A stretch of DNA of 61,797 nucleotides, the filler included, from Sphacelaria rigidula (lineage: Eukaryota): NCBI GenBank assembly GCA_964200075.2. It is 6 parts of 6 records of this genome, joined end to end, with 100 filler letters (N's around TTAATTAATTAA, not from the genome) between each part and the next. Parts side by side here need not be neighbours in the genome. Positions count along the whole stretch, not along the records: positions 10,318 to 20,534 come from CAXNAA020006912.1; positions 20,635 to 30,851 come from CAXNAA020006913.1; 4 more parts are not named here. One strand, given 5' to 3'. The notes beneath the pieces are model-generated. The model was not told where the DNA came from and made no database searches. It saw only the letters and a program-made list of their open reading frames with translations. Positions 12,705 to 26,490 of this stretch are shown piece by piece. Positions within the stretch are counted from its first letter, which is position 1; every line of letters starts with the position of its first letter. Both the position numbers and the translations under genes were made by a program.

Positions 12705-15700
12705 GTGAGTATTTTTTGTCACTGGATATATTGTTTGTTTTTTTATGCTGGTGTGGTCTCTTATTTGACTGTCAGCAAGCTCTCCTCGGTGTCCGCTCTT
12801 CTCGTGTCTGGCGTCTATCTTGTTTATGTTGAGATGTGTTCCCGTCTGTTGGCGTGGTTTGTTGTTGATCTTCTCACGATTATATTGTAGATACAACCTT
12901 AGACATATTATTGTCTGCATGTTTTATTGGGGACCCTTGGGGCGCACATGAAACTAACTCCTGTCAAAAGTTGGGGCAAAAAGAATATTTCGACATGGAA
13001 ACGTGTAGTACAGATAGCCTTGGAGACGCGTAGCACATACATGCAGCTTCGTGGAGCGTACTGTCCCTGCGAGACGGCATCCGTCGACCGTGGGGTTGCA
13101 TACGTCGCTGCTTGATTGAATCATTAAGCGATTTTACTGTTCCCTAGACTGTCCAACAGATACGGTATGGTACCGCAACGCGCCTCAATGTCACTCGTGG
13201 GGCTGCGTATGACGTGATCGGAAACTGTCGCGCGGCACATGTTTGGCATGATATCACAACAGCAGACCCCTGGAATGCCCACAGCATACCTCCGTTGTTC
13301 CATTTACCGACTAACGTGTTAACAATACAAAACTTTCAATACCGTGCTAGGCACTGTACCGTATTTTTAAAAAACAGTGATAAGTATGAAATCAAGATGC
13401 GACCGTTATTTCTCTTCTTTTTTACCCGTCTTGAACTTTAAACCGCAGGAGCGAATGTTGGTCACAGCTTGTATCTTCTAGGCGTTTGTTGACACTAGTC
13501 TAGGTTGATTGCCGCTCTCACTGTTTTCATCATACTTACGAAAGAGCCGTTTTGTCTCATGCTCCTCTCCGATTGAGGAGCCGAAATCTACTCTATCTGG
13601 TCTGCCGTGATTTGCTTGGAACCAGAACATGATATCTCAGCCTTTTGACCTGCAGGTGGGTCATCTTTTGAATGGTCACGATTTTTACTTGAAAAACGAG
13701 AGGAAGACTCATAAATGACCCGCCCTGGCTGTCCGAGGGCTGACTCTATTTCAACAGAACGGCCACTAAAGACAGATATTCTGTCCTTCGCTCGGAGATG
13801 GCAGTCCTACGGAACGGCAATTGATGCTGATCCATCTCCTCTCGGCCAATATTGTGGGGTATGGCATTACCATCTCCCAAAATAGACGTATCGCCATGTG
13901 CCAGCGTCTCCTTTTTGTGTATATCTCGTGTCTTCTCTGCATTACGGGAGATCTCAGCCCATCTGGTTTTCACCCCTGACGTCGGATAGAGGGCTCCTTG
14001 AACCCGTTCACTGCCAGGGAAGGTCATACGTTGAATTGCCATCGTTTCAGCTAGAAACGTACCTCACAACCAGCCTACCGACCCTGGGGGTCAAGGCGTT
14101 GAACGGTACACAGTGGAATTATGAGTTGGGATATATACGACCTCTCTATAGCCAATTTCCATCGCCTTAAATTGCCCGCCGGGAAGGGCGGGGGGGGGGA
14201 GCCGGGGGTGAGGAAAGGCCTCCTTAAACTAGGGACACCGCACCCTGTATCATTTTTGTTGATGGATCGATGGTGCGCGGCTCCTTTCTTGAGACATGCC
14301 CGTGCATGGTGCATACCGCATCGCTTTCAGCGCAGGCAGATATACACCCGAGTCCAGCCTTCACTTTTCAACAAGGACCTGTGATGCCGATCGGCGGTAC
14401 ATGAGACACTCCGGGGGATCATGCTGTTGTGTTCCCTTTTTCAATTTTCATCACTTCGTCTGGTGCTGCTATAGCGCGTTAGCTCGATATTCGATGATCA
14501 CTTACACCCTAGTGTACGTTTCAGATGCCATATCTAGATGCCGTGCCCATTGGTGAAGCGTGTGATAGAGGTGACGTCGGGTCGTCCTACAAAAGGTTTC
14601 TGGCGAGGGGTTGAGACGGGTGATATATGGACGTGGCTAGGCATTAGAACCGGGATGCCAAATGCCTGCTCGTATACTTCTCGGTTGCGAGTTGAAGGAT
14701 GACGACAGCGCAGGTAGTAAGTAGTCAGTCAGTATAGGCCGTGAAGACGGATGCAGCTTGCTGAAGACCGAAGCAGCTTGCGTCGCGTCGTCGAAAGGGA
14801 AACTTCGCCTCACCAAGCACCATCCCCACGGAAGAGCATCGCTGTACTGTCCGTACAGAAGACAGATATCGCGTGTCCACGCGACCCCACCCACCCATCC
14901 GAAATACACACCACGTAAATAGCTGAAACCGCTGTGTTTTGTGTTCTCGCGTGGCGTAAGGCGTTGACGCAACTGATGAACAATGTCATTCGCTCTACGA
15001 GTTCTATCCTGTTGTGTTGCCTCTTAGCAGACACTCTGCTCTTCTCACACAATCCGTACTGCAGAGGAGGCGCTGAGCAACACACAACCGCCAAAAGTCA
15101 GCGATACCACTTTGCTTGGTTCCCATCTGCATAGTCAACACAGATGAAGAAATATTACGACATAATACAGCTAGTACGGAGTATCGTAAAAAAAAACGCC
15201 CGATTTATGCGTGTCATCTTTTCTACCGTGGCGATGGAGAGGGGTGGTGGCGGAAGGCATGTCCGGCGATCGCATGACAGGTGATGACAGTGGTCAAGTG
15301 AGTCATCCCTTTCTACGATCGTGAGTCATGTGAAGAATTGGCATCATTTTACTTGAAAAATCACTCATATGGCCAAATGGAAAATGTATGAGCAGGCCTT
15401 TTGGAGATGCTCTCTGAGCCGGTACCTCCTACTGGTTCTTAACCCTTAGATCGCGAGGGTAGTCTTTCTGAATCATGCACACTTTTTTCAAGTGAAATTG
15501 ATGCCGATTCAACAGATGACCTACTCTCGCTGTCTTGGGGTTAACCTCCATGCATGTCAGGTCACTACCGACTGTATTTTTATCTTCCTTTTTTCAGATG
15601 CCCCTTCCCTCAAACTACCGAGTGTGTCCCGTTTCCGTGACAAGTCGCGCGTCCATCTTGACACCATCGCCGAGCACGCAGCGGATCAGTTGACGCCCAC

Positions 15701-17307
15701 CCGCCTTCCTCCACTCTTGCCGTAGCATGGTATGTGAGACTCGTACATCGTATCCTTCGACGAAGATGGTCGCGTTTACCCACCGGACGACAAAAAAAAA
15801 GAAGCACGATAGAGGGATGCTGCGAGTAGGATACAATACTCCTAGACACGTCTTGTTGAGCAACTTGTGGCAAAGTCATAATGGGTTAGCGCTTGGATCA
15901 ATTGCTCGCCAATGATAATTTACGCGTCGTTGCCGGTAGCATTCTCTTCTCGCCGCCTCGAGGTTGTGCGGACATCGCGCGGCCGACGGTACTATGCGGC
16001 TGTGTCTCAACGGAAGAAAAAAAAAAATGACGAATATGGAGGCACTTGAAGAAATCGCCTTCTGATGAAGGTGTACGAAACGAACGACTCGAAATACAAA
16101 ATCGAGGCAAGTTATCGTAACCGCCAAGATACCAATCCCCCCCCGCACCGCACCGCTCGTGCTCCGTCTCGACAGGGATGAGTAGCCAATGGTAGGCAAG
16201 CAATAAATAAATACCCCATCCCCCTGCCTTTGCCCATGCCCGAGTGGAAATGAAACATGAAGTGCTAGGGAAGGCTTCGAAACATTAGTTTTTCTGCCTG
16301 CTAGCCACCTGTCAAAGAATGAAGTCCTCCCGTGACCTGTTGGAACACGACTGCTCTCGGCGATTTGTCGCTGTTCGTGACTTGTCTGCACCAAAACTCT
16401 CTCATCCGGGTACTGAATAAACCACGAGGTCTGCACCTCCCATAAGGGACGAGGTGTCCAACACTTCCGCGCCGGGCATGTTGCGGGTTAACCCTTCGAC
16501 CACAAGCATGGATCATGTGTTGAATCAGCCTTCATTTCTCTCGAAGAATCGCAGTTTCACCAGATAACCTCGGTACCCTCGCGGCCAAAGGGTTGATGGG
16601 GACTGCTAGTTCACGTGAATCCGTCGTCGACGTGGAGGCGGTTGACGTATTCGGCAGTCAAATCCAACCCTAATCCCCACCCTAAACCAAGGCATGCGTA
16701 CCGAGAAACCCCGTGCAAAGTGCATGCATGACGGTAGGGTACGTGGGTGAAGTGTGCTTGAAAAGAATAACTTCGCTGTCTGTACAACATGTGAAACCAG
16801 ATGATAAATGGTGTGGGTTCGGGTGGGGTGGGGTTTCGGTTTCTCGGTTGTTTGAGTTTGTTTCGGAACAAGGGGTAGGCGGTGGCGGTGTATTTTATTT
16901 AGCGGAAGGTGTGGGGGTGGGGTGGGGTTCTTTGGAAGTAGAGGAAGATGGTATAAGAGCAGAAGGCAAAAGCATACTGCGTACTTTATTCAATGAAAAG
17001 GTATACTGCTTACTGTGCCGGATGGACAGCGTATCCAATGTTCGATGGATTCGACACTGTACGGAGTACACGTTCTGTCGACGCCATCATCTCTTGGATT
17101 GTGGTCGATATGAAATTCTCCGGTGGGTCGAGGCGACAGAAGGGCTCGTCGCTGAAGATCTGGCTGCTCTCCATTCATTACCTTATGAGTACGTGAAACG
17201 CCACGATACTTCATTAAATTAAGAGCTGGGCCAGCTGAAAGTGATTTTCGAATGAAGAATAGCGATGCGAGTGAGAATGGCGATGCGATTGGTAATTCGG
17301 AGAGTTA

Positions 17308-18753
17308 CGCCAACTCTAACGAGAGCCCTTCAAAATTCCTGTCGAAAACTGCCTTTCGAGCCCTTTTCCGTCGATTTACGCTCGAACAGAGGGCTAGGGA
17401 GATGATATTGACGCCTTGGAATGACTTGCTCTGCTCATTGAGACCGTTCTAGGGCAACTTTGCATTTCCCGCTGGCTGCACTTTTGATTTTGACCAAACA
17501 TGGATTTCCAATAAAAAAAACGGTCAAGCGATAAAAAAAGCAGGTGGGAATTTTGATCATTTGACCGTTTGTTTACTGATAATCTGTACCACCCGGTTTG
17601 GCCAAAACCAAAAGTGCGGCCAGCGGGAAATGCAAAGTTGCCCGACGTAGAACGCTCTCAACGACTAGAGCAAGTCATCCCAAGGTGTCAATTTCATCCC
17701 CCTAGCCCTCTGTTCGAGCGTAAATCGACGGAGAAGGGCGCGAAAGGCAATTTTCGACAGGAATTTTTGAACGACTCCCGTTCAAAAGGCCATCTCTAAT
17801 GGGAGCCGTTCAAAATTCCCGTCCTAAACTGCCTTTCGGGCCCTTCTCCATTGATTTACGCTCGAACAGAGGGCTAGGGGGATAATATTGACGCCTTAAG
17901 GCTAACTCTGATGGGAGCCGTTCAAAATTCCTGTCGAAAACTGCCTTCCGGGCCCTTCTCCGTCGATTTACGCTCGAACAGAGGGCCAGGGGGATGATAT
18001 TGACGCCTTGGGATGACTTGCTCTACTCGTCGAGACTGTTCTACGTGGGGCAACTCTGCATTTCCCGCTGGCCGCACTTTGTTTTTGGCCAAATCAGGTC
18101 AAACACGGATTTTCAGTGAAAAAAATCTGGTGATGATAATTTCCCCCTGTTTTTGGATCGCTTGACTGTTTTTTTTGTCGGAAATCCGTCTTTGACCAAA
18201 AATAAAAGTGCGGCCAGCGGAAAATGCAAAGTTACCCTGGAATGGTGTCAATGAGTAGGACAAGTCACTCTGAGGCCTCAACACCCGCCCAGCCTTGTTT
18301 TCAGGCCTAACACGACGGAGACGGGCCAAGAAGGGCGGTTTCAAACAGGAATTTTGAACGGCTCCCATTAAAGTCGGTCTACCTCAGAGTGACTTGCTCT
18401 ATTAATTGACACCATTCCAGGGCAACTTTGCATTTCCCGCTGGCCGCACTTTTATTGGGGCCAAACACGAATTTTCAACAAAAAACAGTCAAGCGATCCA
18501 GAAACAGGGAGAAATTTTGATCACCAGATTTTTTTCACTGAAAATCCGTGTTTGACCTGATTTGGCCAAAAACAAAGTGCGGCCAGCGGGAAATGCAGAG
18601 TTGCCCTACGTAAAACGGTCTCGACGAGTAGAGCAAGTCATCCCAAGGCGTCAATATCATCCCCTGGCCCTCTTTTCGGGCGTAAATCGACGGAGAAGGG
18701 CCCAAAAGGCAGTTTTCGACAGGAATTTTGAACGGCTCCCATTGGAGTTGGTC
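17308..18753. mobile_element. Cluster of PIF/Harbinger (Tourist)-like foldback MITEs: two near-complete ~480-bp copies plus two partial copies
   Basis: Repeated long inverted arms begin GGCCAACTCTAATGGGAGCCGTTCAAAATTCCTGTCGAAAACTGCC. Units lie at about 17308-17785, 17788-17895 (partial), 17900-18379 and 18384-18753 (partial). TTA occurs at junctions. Confidence 0.8.
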
Positions 18754-20534
18754 GTAAGCGCTGAAATTTCGACACGATTTCATCATGAACCCACGTAACC
18801 CTATTGTGGGTTTAGAGGAGGGAAAAAAAACAGGAAGTTAGAGCGAGTTGAAGTTTCAGCAGAAAGAAGGAAACTGCTGTAACTCCGTAAAAAGTGATGA
18901 AAACGACTGTGCTCCGAACAACGTTTTGGGCACTCGCGTCCAGGACATTCTGAGAATGTTTTGGCCCAAAATACCGCAAATTGGGCGCCCCTTCGCCCTT
19001 CGCGTGTGACGCGGTCGCTTCCCTTGACTCCAAGTGATACAAGAGACTATCCAGTTATGGAGGTCATGAGGTCGAATCCCGATATATTCATTTTTTTTTC
19101 GTCCCTCATTGACGTGATAAATTATGCAGTACATTTTTTTTTCATTTTTTTTTCAAAAACCGGCGGGGCTGTGTGTTACCAGGTTGGTCTGCACTTCAAG
19201 GCGATACGCTCAAGTTGCGCTGGTCTGGGGAACTTGAGAGAAGTTGTGTGGAAAGCGAATCCGGGGTTTACTGCTGGCCCCCAGCTCGTAGCATGGCACA
19301 TGCCATGAGATCCAGCCAGTACGGGTGCATGCGGTGAAACATGACGGTACTGTACGGTTCTACCCTGATGATTGCCTGGTGATCACACCTTCTGGGTCTC
19401 GTGAGAGATGCGGTGGAATCTTGATCTTGACGACACTAGTCCCAAGCACGGGCTGGCTTTGACGGCCAGGGTGAGTCATCGAGGTCTGATACTAGTGTGG
19501 TATGCCGAGTGAAGGTGATCCATTGTCAATGAACAACTCGCCCTCGTAGTCAAGGCTGGAACTGGTGCCCCAAGCACCCCTTGTCGACTCAAGCTCATAC
19601 GCCACCGACCAATAGTTGCCCAAGGGCTCTCTCTCCCTCTCTCGATTTACGAGGCTAGTTTACCGGCGTTTCAACAGAAACGCGTTCTGCACACGTGAGG
19701 AGCACACGGGACTGTCAACCACACTAAAAATTCTGATTATCGTTAACACTCAAATCAAGTAATATCAACCATGAACATTTGTAACCCAATGCCGGTATAC
19801 TCTACTTTTGTACTGCGATTCACGGGCGATTCGATCACCCTCCGAGCACCAAGGGAGGTATTATTTTGGATCGGCATCATTCCATGTTGGATTATCAGGC
19901 AGCAGATAGAGGCGACTTGCTCTTGCTCGCTGTCGTACTCTACACGGTCCGCGATGTCATCACGAGCACCGGCTCCGCCGGCACTCAGGGCGTCAGCCTG
20001 TTCAGTGAGTACGCAGAATGCTCCTAGTACAAAGTACTGTGTAAACTTGAAAAAAGATTTGACCCCTCTCAGAATGCTCACAGCGCAAAGTATAGTGTTC
20101 CGGGTGTACCACCTTCAGCATTGGCACTGCCTGCAATCAAATAGTAAAATGGCTGGGTGTTCAGGCCGCCGTTCTGCCCACCCCTCTCTCATCGTGTTTG
20201 AATGACAATCGTTTCGATGCTCGGTATCAGCGATACAGACATTCCAAGCCCTGAGCCGTTCCGGTTCTGTTCGGTGCTCGTCAACTCACATGTATCATGA
20301 TTCATGTGTGATTCAATTTAATTCAACACTGCGATTGGAAATTCTTCCGCTCCCACGAAACACATACTCTCTTGGTTGGGAATATTCCTCATTCTCGGAA
20401 ATAGGGTTTAACTCCAAAAGAGTGCTTTGCCTGACCGAAAGTCATGACAACAGGACTTCCATGTGGAAGACCTCATGCCCCCCCCCCCACCCCCCCCCCC
20501 CCCCCCCCCCCCCCACACCTCCCCCTCTCCTTCT

Positions 20535-20634
20535 NNNNNNNNNNNNNNNNNNNNNNNNNNNNNNNNNNNNNNNNNNNNTTAATTAATTAANNNNNNNNNN
20601 NNNNNNNNNNNNNNNNNNNNNNNNNNNNNNNNNN
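20535..20634. other. Artificial contig-joining spacer
   Basis: 44 N + TTAATTAATTAA + 44 N. Confidence 0.98.
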
Positions 20635-20719
20635 AAGACAGATATGCCGCTTCAGCCCCATATTTTGTTTGAACCCCAAAATATAAAATCGGCTGTTATT
20701 TAGTGTCTCTCGGGTAGCA

Positions 20720-20980
20720 CTTCATATGGGCAAGCATTATACTTGAAGGGAAAACCTGAGCTTCTTCATACGTACTCAACCTCCGACAAAGGCTTGCACT
20801 TGATACACTACTGTGACTCATCATAAGGCAACTCCGGAATTCAGGGCAAAGTGAGATCAACCACCGGCGCAATGTTCTTCCTGGCGCATGGACTTCTTCA
20901 CTGTTCCTCGAACCTACAACGAATTAGAGCCACTCCAACAACTGAGGCAGAATTAATCGCCCTCTCGACGACCGCGTTAT
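20720..20980 (+). mobile_element. Ty1/copia RNase H fragment (decayed)
   Basis: Reads YCDSS*GNSGIQGKVRSTTGAMFFLAHGLLHCSSNLQRIRATPTTEAELIALS, closely resembling the RNase H at about 36150-36310. Confidence 0.8.
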
Positions 20981-21725
20981 GTAACCCTTCTCCCTCACAA
21001 TGCTTGTGTAATCGAACTGCTACAGGCAGTCAGTAAATGCAGAAATGAAATTGCAGTAATTTTCCGGGCTGAACCGAGTGCCGACTACTGTCTGTCGTTG
21101 CTTGAAAGCTGTTGTCAGGCAAGACCGCCCTGATCAGCGCTTGACGGCGCGGGTCAGGAAAGCAACGATAGGTGGTTAATCGCAGGACACCGCTGTTCCT
21201 AACCATATTTCGCCTCAGCTTGGGATGACTCCCCTCAAATTGTTTTTTTTTTGCGGCAGGCACCCCAACGACACGCTCACCATGCATCCGACAGGGTGAC
21301 AGCAGAGAAGCTCAACAACAGGATCCCAGTCCTCATTTTGGGTCACGCCAGCACGGGTTAGGTCACCCGCACTAGGGATCTTTTTTCACTCTGCATACCA
21401 AGAAGGTCTACACGAGTGTTTAATCTTTCATACATCCATCCCCCCAACTGGGATGTGGCAGACTGTCTGTTTTCCTTGTTTTGCAGGTGTCGGATGAAAT
21501 CAACGACTGCAATAACACCCACCAGCTTCCAATTATCAAATCGTTCCGCAAGCACGCAGCCGTCCTTGCTCTCATGCGTGTGTGAGAGAACAGTAGCGGT
21601 GACGGGAAAATTTTCCCTGCTTTTCGACGACGTGTTCTAATGCGCACGGAGGCACTTCCTCTCCAAGCAGAGAGACAGAGAGATATCGATATTTGCACTG
21701 GACAGCGCTACAGACAGGAGACGAC

Positions 21726-22105
21726 TAAGGGCTGAATCTCCTACTCGGCGCTGGGGTCTATGTGTAAGAAAAGGTCGTGGGACCTCTGCTGTTGAATTGA
21801 TTCCCTTGTTGACTAATGTATATTTTACTCTCCATCAAAACGTAAAAACCCAGAAAAGTGCACTGACAAAAAGGGTTCATGTACAAAAACAACACGTCAG
21901 AACCTAATTCCTTGGCCACGCGATCGGGCATGTGCCTCTTCAGCGGATTCTTGCTGCAACAAAAAATCGGGTATACCCTTAATAACAGAACTATATATCT
22001 TATTTCCCCTTCACCCATATGTCATAATCCAACCACAATACCCTTTTCCCAGGCTTTCAGGCCTGAGTATATGCATCCATCATTGAGTGTAAGTATATTC
22101 CAATA
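21726..22105 (-). repeat. 3' LTR of copia-1 (core 21763-22105 plus 37-bp shared extension)
   Basis: Diverged direct repeat of 29103-29507, directly preceded by the PPT on the minus strand. Confidence 0.85.
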
Positions 22106-25100
22106 GCCCTCCTACTCACGGGCTCATTCTACTCATGTCTCAAACCCTACTAGACAATATCCAATGCTATATTGTCAAGCACAAAAGATCGTCCCACCCA
22201 TGTACTGACATTTGGTAATGCCATCTACTTAGCAAACTGAAATTCCTTCCTACTTTTCCTCAATATGCCACGACATACGCATGCTATTCATCCATCCCAT
22301 CACGTATTTCAGTACTGAAAAATAATTCGAATTCAAATACTCGAAATCATCGCAACCCAAAATGTGAAAGAATCCCAGAGATATACTCAACAAAAATAGA
22401 AAAAATCAACCAAACGCAAAGTCGAAAACCAGTCCAGTTTCCGATATTCGCTATGGCAACTTTTGTGGCACCCAAAATCCATCACCAAAAACCATTGAAA
22501 AATATTATATTTGCTGCAACAAAAATATCTATCCAGTCGTACCCGCCGAACACCGAAATCCAACACCAAAAGCCATTGAAAAATATTTTGTCTGCAGCAA
22601 AAAATCAAATTCGGTCGTAACCGTCGAAGATAAAATAGTTCATTGCAAAATTGAAAAAATTCCAACCATGGCCTCGTACTCCTACTTTCCCGGGGTGGGT
22701 AAATGTCCCCGAAAACAAATCAAACAAGCTCAAACCAAACCAATGCACCAGAGTCTTGCAGACTCTACATGATGTTCATGACAATATTACGGTGAAACTC
22801 AAAAGATTCTGTCGGCAACACTTTAGTGAGGAAATCTGCATGTTGATACTCCGATCTCACGTGAATAACCGAAACCTCATTCCCCCCAACCAACTCCCTG
22901 ATAACATGATGCCGTGCGTCGATGTGCTTGGAGTTGGAGTTTGTGACTGGGTTCTTTGCCAACTGAATAGCTCCCTGATTATCCCCAGACACCGGGATGT
23001 ATGGCATTCCCATCTGTGGCAACGTGAAACGCCAAACCTGTCTCGAAAACAATACCTCCTTCAGAATATCTGTCATCGCAACGTACTCTGCTTCCGTTGT
23101 GGACAGCGTCACACACTTCTGAGTCCTTGAAAACCAAGACACACATCCACCTCCACACATGACTAGCCCTCCTGATACCGACCGCCTATCAGCTGCCTTA
23201 CTTGCACAGTCTGCGTCTGCAAGAACATGGAAGCTCAATCCCTGTATACTTCCTCTGCTAAAAGAAATCCCCAGCGAACTTGTTCGCCTAACATACCCTA
23301 AAATGCCAAGCGCAGCACGCCAATGAAGGTGTTTTGGTGAGGCATAGTACCTCGCTACTGCACGTACTGCGTTAGATATGTCTGGCCTCGTTTGAGTTGC
23401 CAGCGACAACAGTGACCCTATCAATTCTCGGAACGGAAATTCCGCTGCCTGTTCTTCTACACTGAACTCTTCAAGCTTCGCACCAACAGCGATGGGGATA
23501 CTCTTTTCCCACTCTACTCCGTATTCCTTCGCCAACTCTTCTGCGTATGTTTGTTGTGAAATTTTCAGAGTCCCCCTTCAAAAATCTCTCTCATAGTACA
23601 GTCCAGAATACCAACGCAAATCCCCGAGACTTGTTACTGGAACTATCGTTTTGAGATCTTTACCAAGCTCGTCACATCTGTCCTTCTCTCCCACTGCGAA
23701 TATATCATCTACACGTCCTACAATGGTGAGAATCTGCCATTGTCAATGAACCGAAATACACATGAATCCGCCAAGCATTGATCAAATCCCAAAACAAATT
23801 CACATTCCGCCAGGTGATTATGCCACTGCCTACTTGCCTGTTTCAATCCGTACAAACGTTTGTTGAGTCTTACTATTTTACCAGAGAAGCTACCACAACC
23901 AAGTGGTAACCGCATGAAAACATCCTCGTCCAACTCAGACTGTACAAAAGCTTGTTCGATGTCAAAAGGGCGCAACGCAAGATTTTGCTCACAAGCCAGA
24001 GTCGCCAACAAACGTACGCTAGAAACTGCTACAGTGGGGGCATACAACTCTCCAAAATCTATGCTTTCCCTCTGCATATCTCCTCTTGCTACTAGTCTCG
24101 ACTTCATCTTCGTGGGCCATCCAAACTCGTCCGCCTTCCAGTTATACACCCACTTTGCATGGATATAGTTGTCCACGAGTTGCTCTTCCGCTGAGTCTAT
24201 CGTCCCCGCCTCCAGAATTCCCCGCCACTCCCGCACCATCGAGTCCCTCCATAAATCACCGTACTCCGAGCGCACCGCCTGCGTGTATCCGTTGGGGACC
24301 TTGAGATTCTTTGCTGGACAATGTGGGAGTTCTGGTGGGATGTGCGGCGGGCGCTGCTCACGTAAAGCGGTATCTATATCTTCATGCGTCGCCCGCCTCG
24401 TCGCGAGTCACATCGGTATCCCCCGCGCCCCCCTTTCTTACCACCGTTGCCCTGTCGCCCGACATCAACCACGCCGCGCGTGAGGAGAGCAGACAGCAAA
24501 GATCGCTTATCCGACTGCTGCATGAGTCCCCAGCTGTGGTGCAAGAGTGCAGCTTTGTCTGTCTTGTATTGCGTCGACCCTGACCGCGTCCGCCCTGGCT
24601 GCCGGCGGTCTGTTTCCAGATCCATCTCCTTCCTCACGTTGATTGGAAGCGACGAGAAAGCATGGTCCATCACCTCAGGGGCGGATGATGCATCGCGCGA
24701 CGCAGTCGAAGAAGATGCTGACGGTATCGGGGACGGGATCGGGGCCGAAGAGCCGGAGAAGATCGGCGGGGATGTCGGCGGCGATTGATGCATCGGCGGA
24801 GTGGACGGGTGCGTCGGCGGCGGTAGTGCCGGCGGAGTCGGCGGCGTCGGCGGCCGCGGCGGTAGCAGCATCGGCTGAGTCGGCGGAGTCTGCTGGCGCA
24901 GCGGCGGCCGCGGCCCGAACTCCACTGTGTGATATGTCGGCGGGAGCAGCGGTGTGGCGACGGCGGCGGGGGTGCTGCCATGAACCTCCTCCCCCCCGAC
25001 GAGCGGCGTTTGGACCTTCCCCCCCCCGGCGAGCGGCGTCCCGTGATGTTGCTCTGCTGATGGCGCGGCGGCGGCGGCGACGGTACTGGACTGGGGCTAC

Positions 25101-26277
25101 TCCCCACCGATGATCGGCGTTGCCGACGACTGCAGTGGCACACGTGGTACCGTCCAGATAACGTTGTTGGTGTAGCAAACGGCAACGGTAGCAGCCTTCA
25201 GGACCTTGACCGTCGATGAAGAATGGTTACTGCCATTAGTGAGGTAATGGCAGGCCACGGACTGAGCATCCATCTTGCCTCGGCGGTTGACCCGCATCAT
25301 GCCAGGTTGCAGAAACGGCACAATCTGTAGCGGCAGGCGCTTGCCGGTGAACACTTCATACGGGGACAGTCTTCCCGGGTCCGACGTAGTAGCGGAACGA
25401 TCGAACCCGTCCGCTGCCCACACCGCGGCCTCCAGCCATAGGCGCTCCATGTTCTCCCCCAGGTGAGGTATGTCGTCGAAGCGGCACTCCGGGAACAGAC
25501 GTCGTGCTTCAAGACGGGCGGCGTGGCCCCCCTTCATCACCCTCCAAATTGCATTTTCCACGACAGCGTTCTGCTTCGGGGTGTCTGGGGCAGTGTATTC
25601 ACGACGAATCGTTGCATCGTCGCAGAAGGCAACGAAATCGTGGGAGGTAAATTCGCCCCCGTTGACCATACGAAAACAACCGGGAGTACCGATGGCGCTG
25701 ACGTCGGCGATGAAACGTTTCACCTTCGCCAGCGTGTCAGACTTGCGTACGAGGCCATAAAACATCATGAAGCGCGACATGCTGTCGACGCAGCCCAGCA
25801 TATGGGTTGAAGCGCCCAAAGTACGAGGGTGTGGACCGGTGAGGTCGAGATGCACCGTGCCAAGTACAGTCCTCGCCCTCGTTCCCAGGCTTCTCGGAAT
25901 ACCTGCTCTCTGCCCCTTCGCTTCCAAACACCCAGCATATGGCGCTGATACCCCCGTCAATAAAATGCCCTGTTGTTTTGCAGTTTCTCTGAGTAACGTC
26001 TCATGAAGGTGGGGGAGGGAAACGTGGAAAAAATTGATGTCGACTTCTTTCTTTGGTTTCCCAACTGAAAATGGGTGAGGGCTGGGGACAAGAATAGCAA
26101 GGGTCATCCCGTTTTTAGCCGCAACTCCCATTCCTTCACTCAGGGAACGCGGAAAACAATCTTGGGGGGGGTCGTGTCGAATCCAGCCATCAGGGCTTCA
26201 TCCTTGAAAACACTCGAGTCTGGACAGTGAAGCCCTTGTACTGCACGGAGTGAACCAACACCATTCGTGGGAGCAGG

Positions 26278-26490
26278 TACAACGCTTGCCGGTAAAGCTG
26301 GCTGTACTCCAACACTCGAAGTTACCACGTTCACCGGAGGAACGGACTGGACACGAGCGCTTGAGGGGGGGGCAGTTACAACGCTTGCCGGTGAAGCGGA
26401 CTGTACACGAGCACGTGAAGTTACCACGTTCACCGGAGGAACGGACTGGACACGAACGCTTGGGGGAGAGGCAGTTACAACGCTTGCAGC
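26278..26490 (-). repeat. 99-bp in-frame tandem repeat (about 2.1 copies) in the copia-1 pol linker
   Basis: TACAACGCTTGC recurs at 26278, 26377 and 26476. It encodes ASVVTA(S/P)P..RVQSVPPVNVVTS units. Confidence 0.85.

Noticed and set aside
15598..15725. Possible terminal exon for the EsV-1-7-like gene
   Set aside because: Phase does not join the 12704 donor directly and it contains no Cys/His repeat.
21487..21585. Possible host exon VSDEINDCNNTHQLPIIKSFRKHAAVLALM after a strong acceptor
   Set aside because: Single unanchored candidate with no homology recognised.
24384..25185. Several Ala/Arg/Pro-rich ORFs on both strands
   Set aside because: Frame shadows of the GC-rich copia integrase-RT linker.
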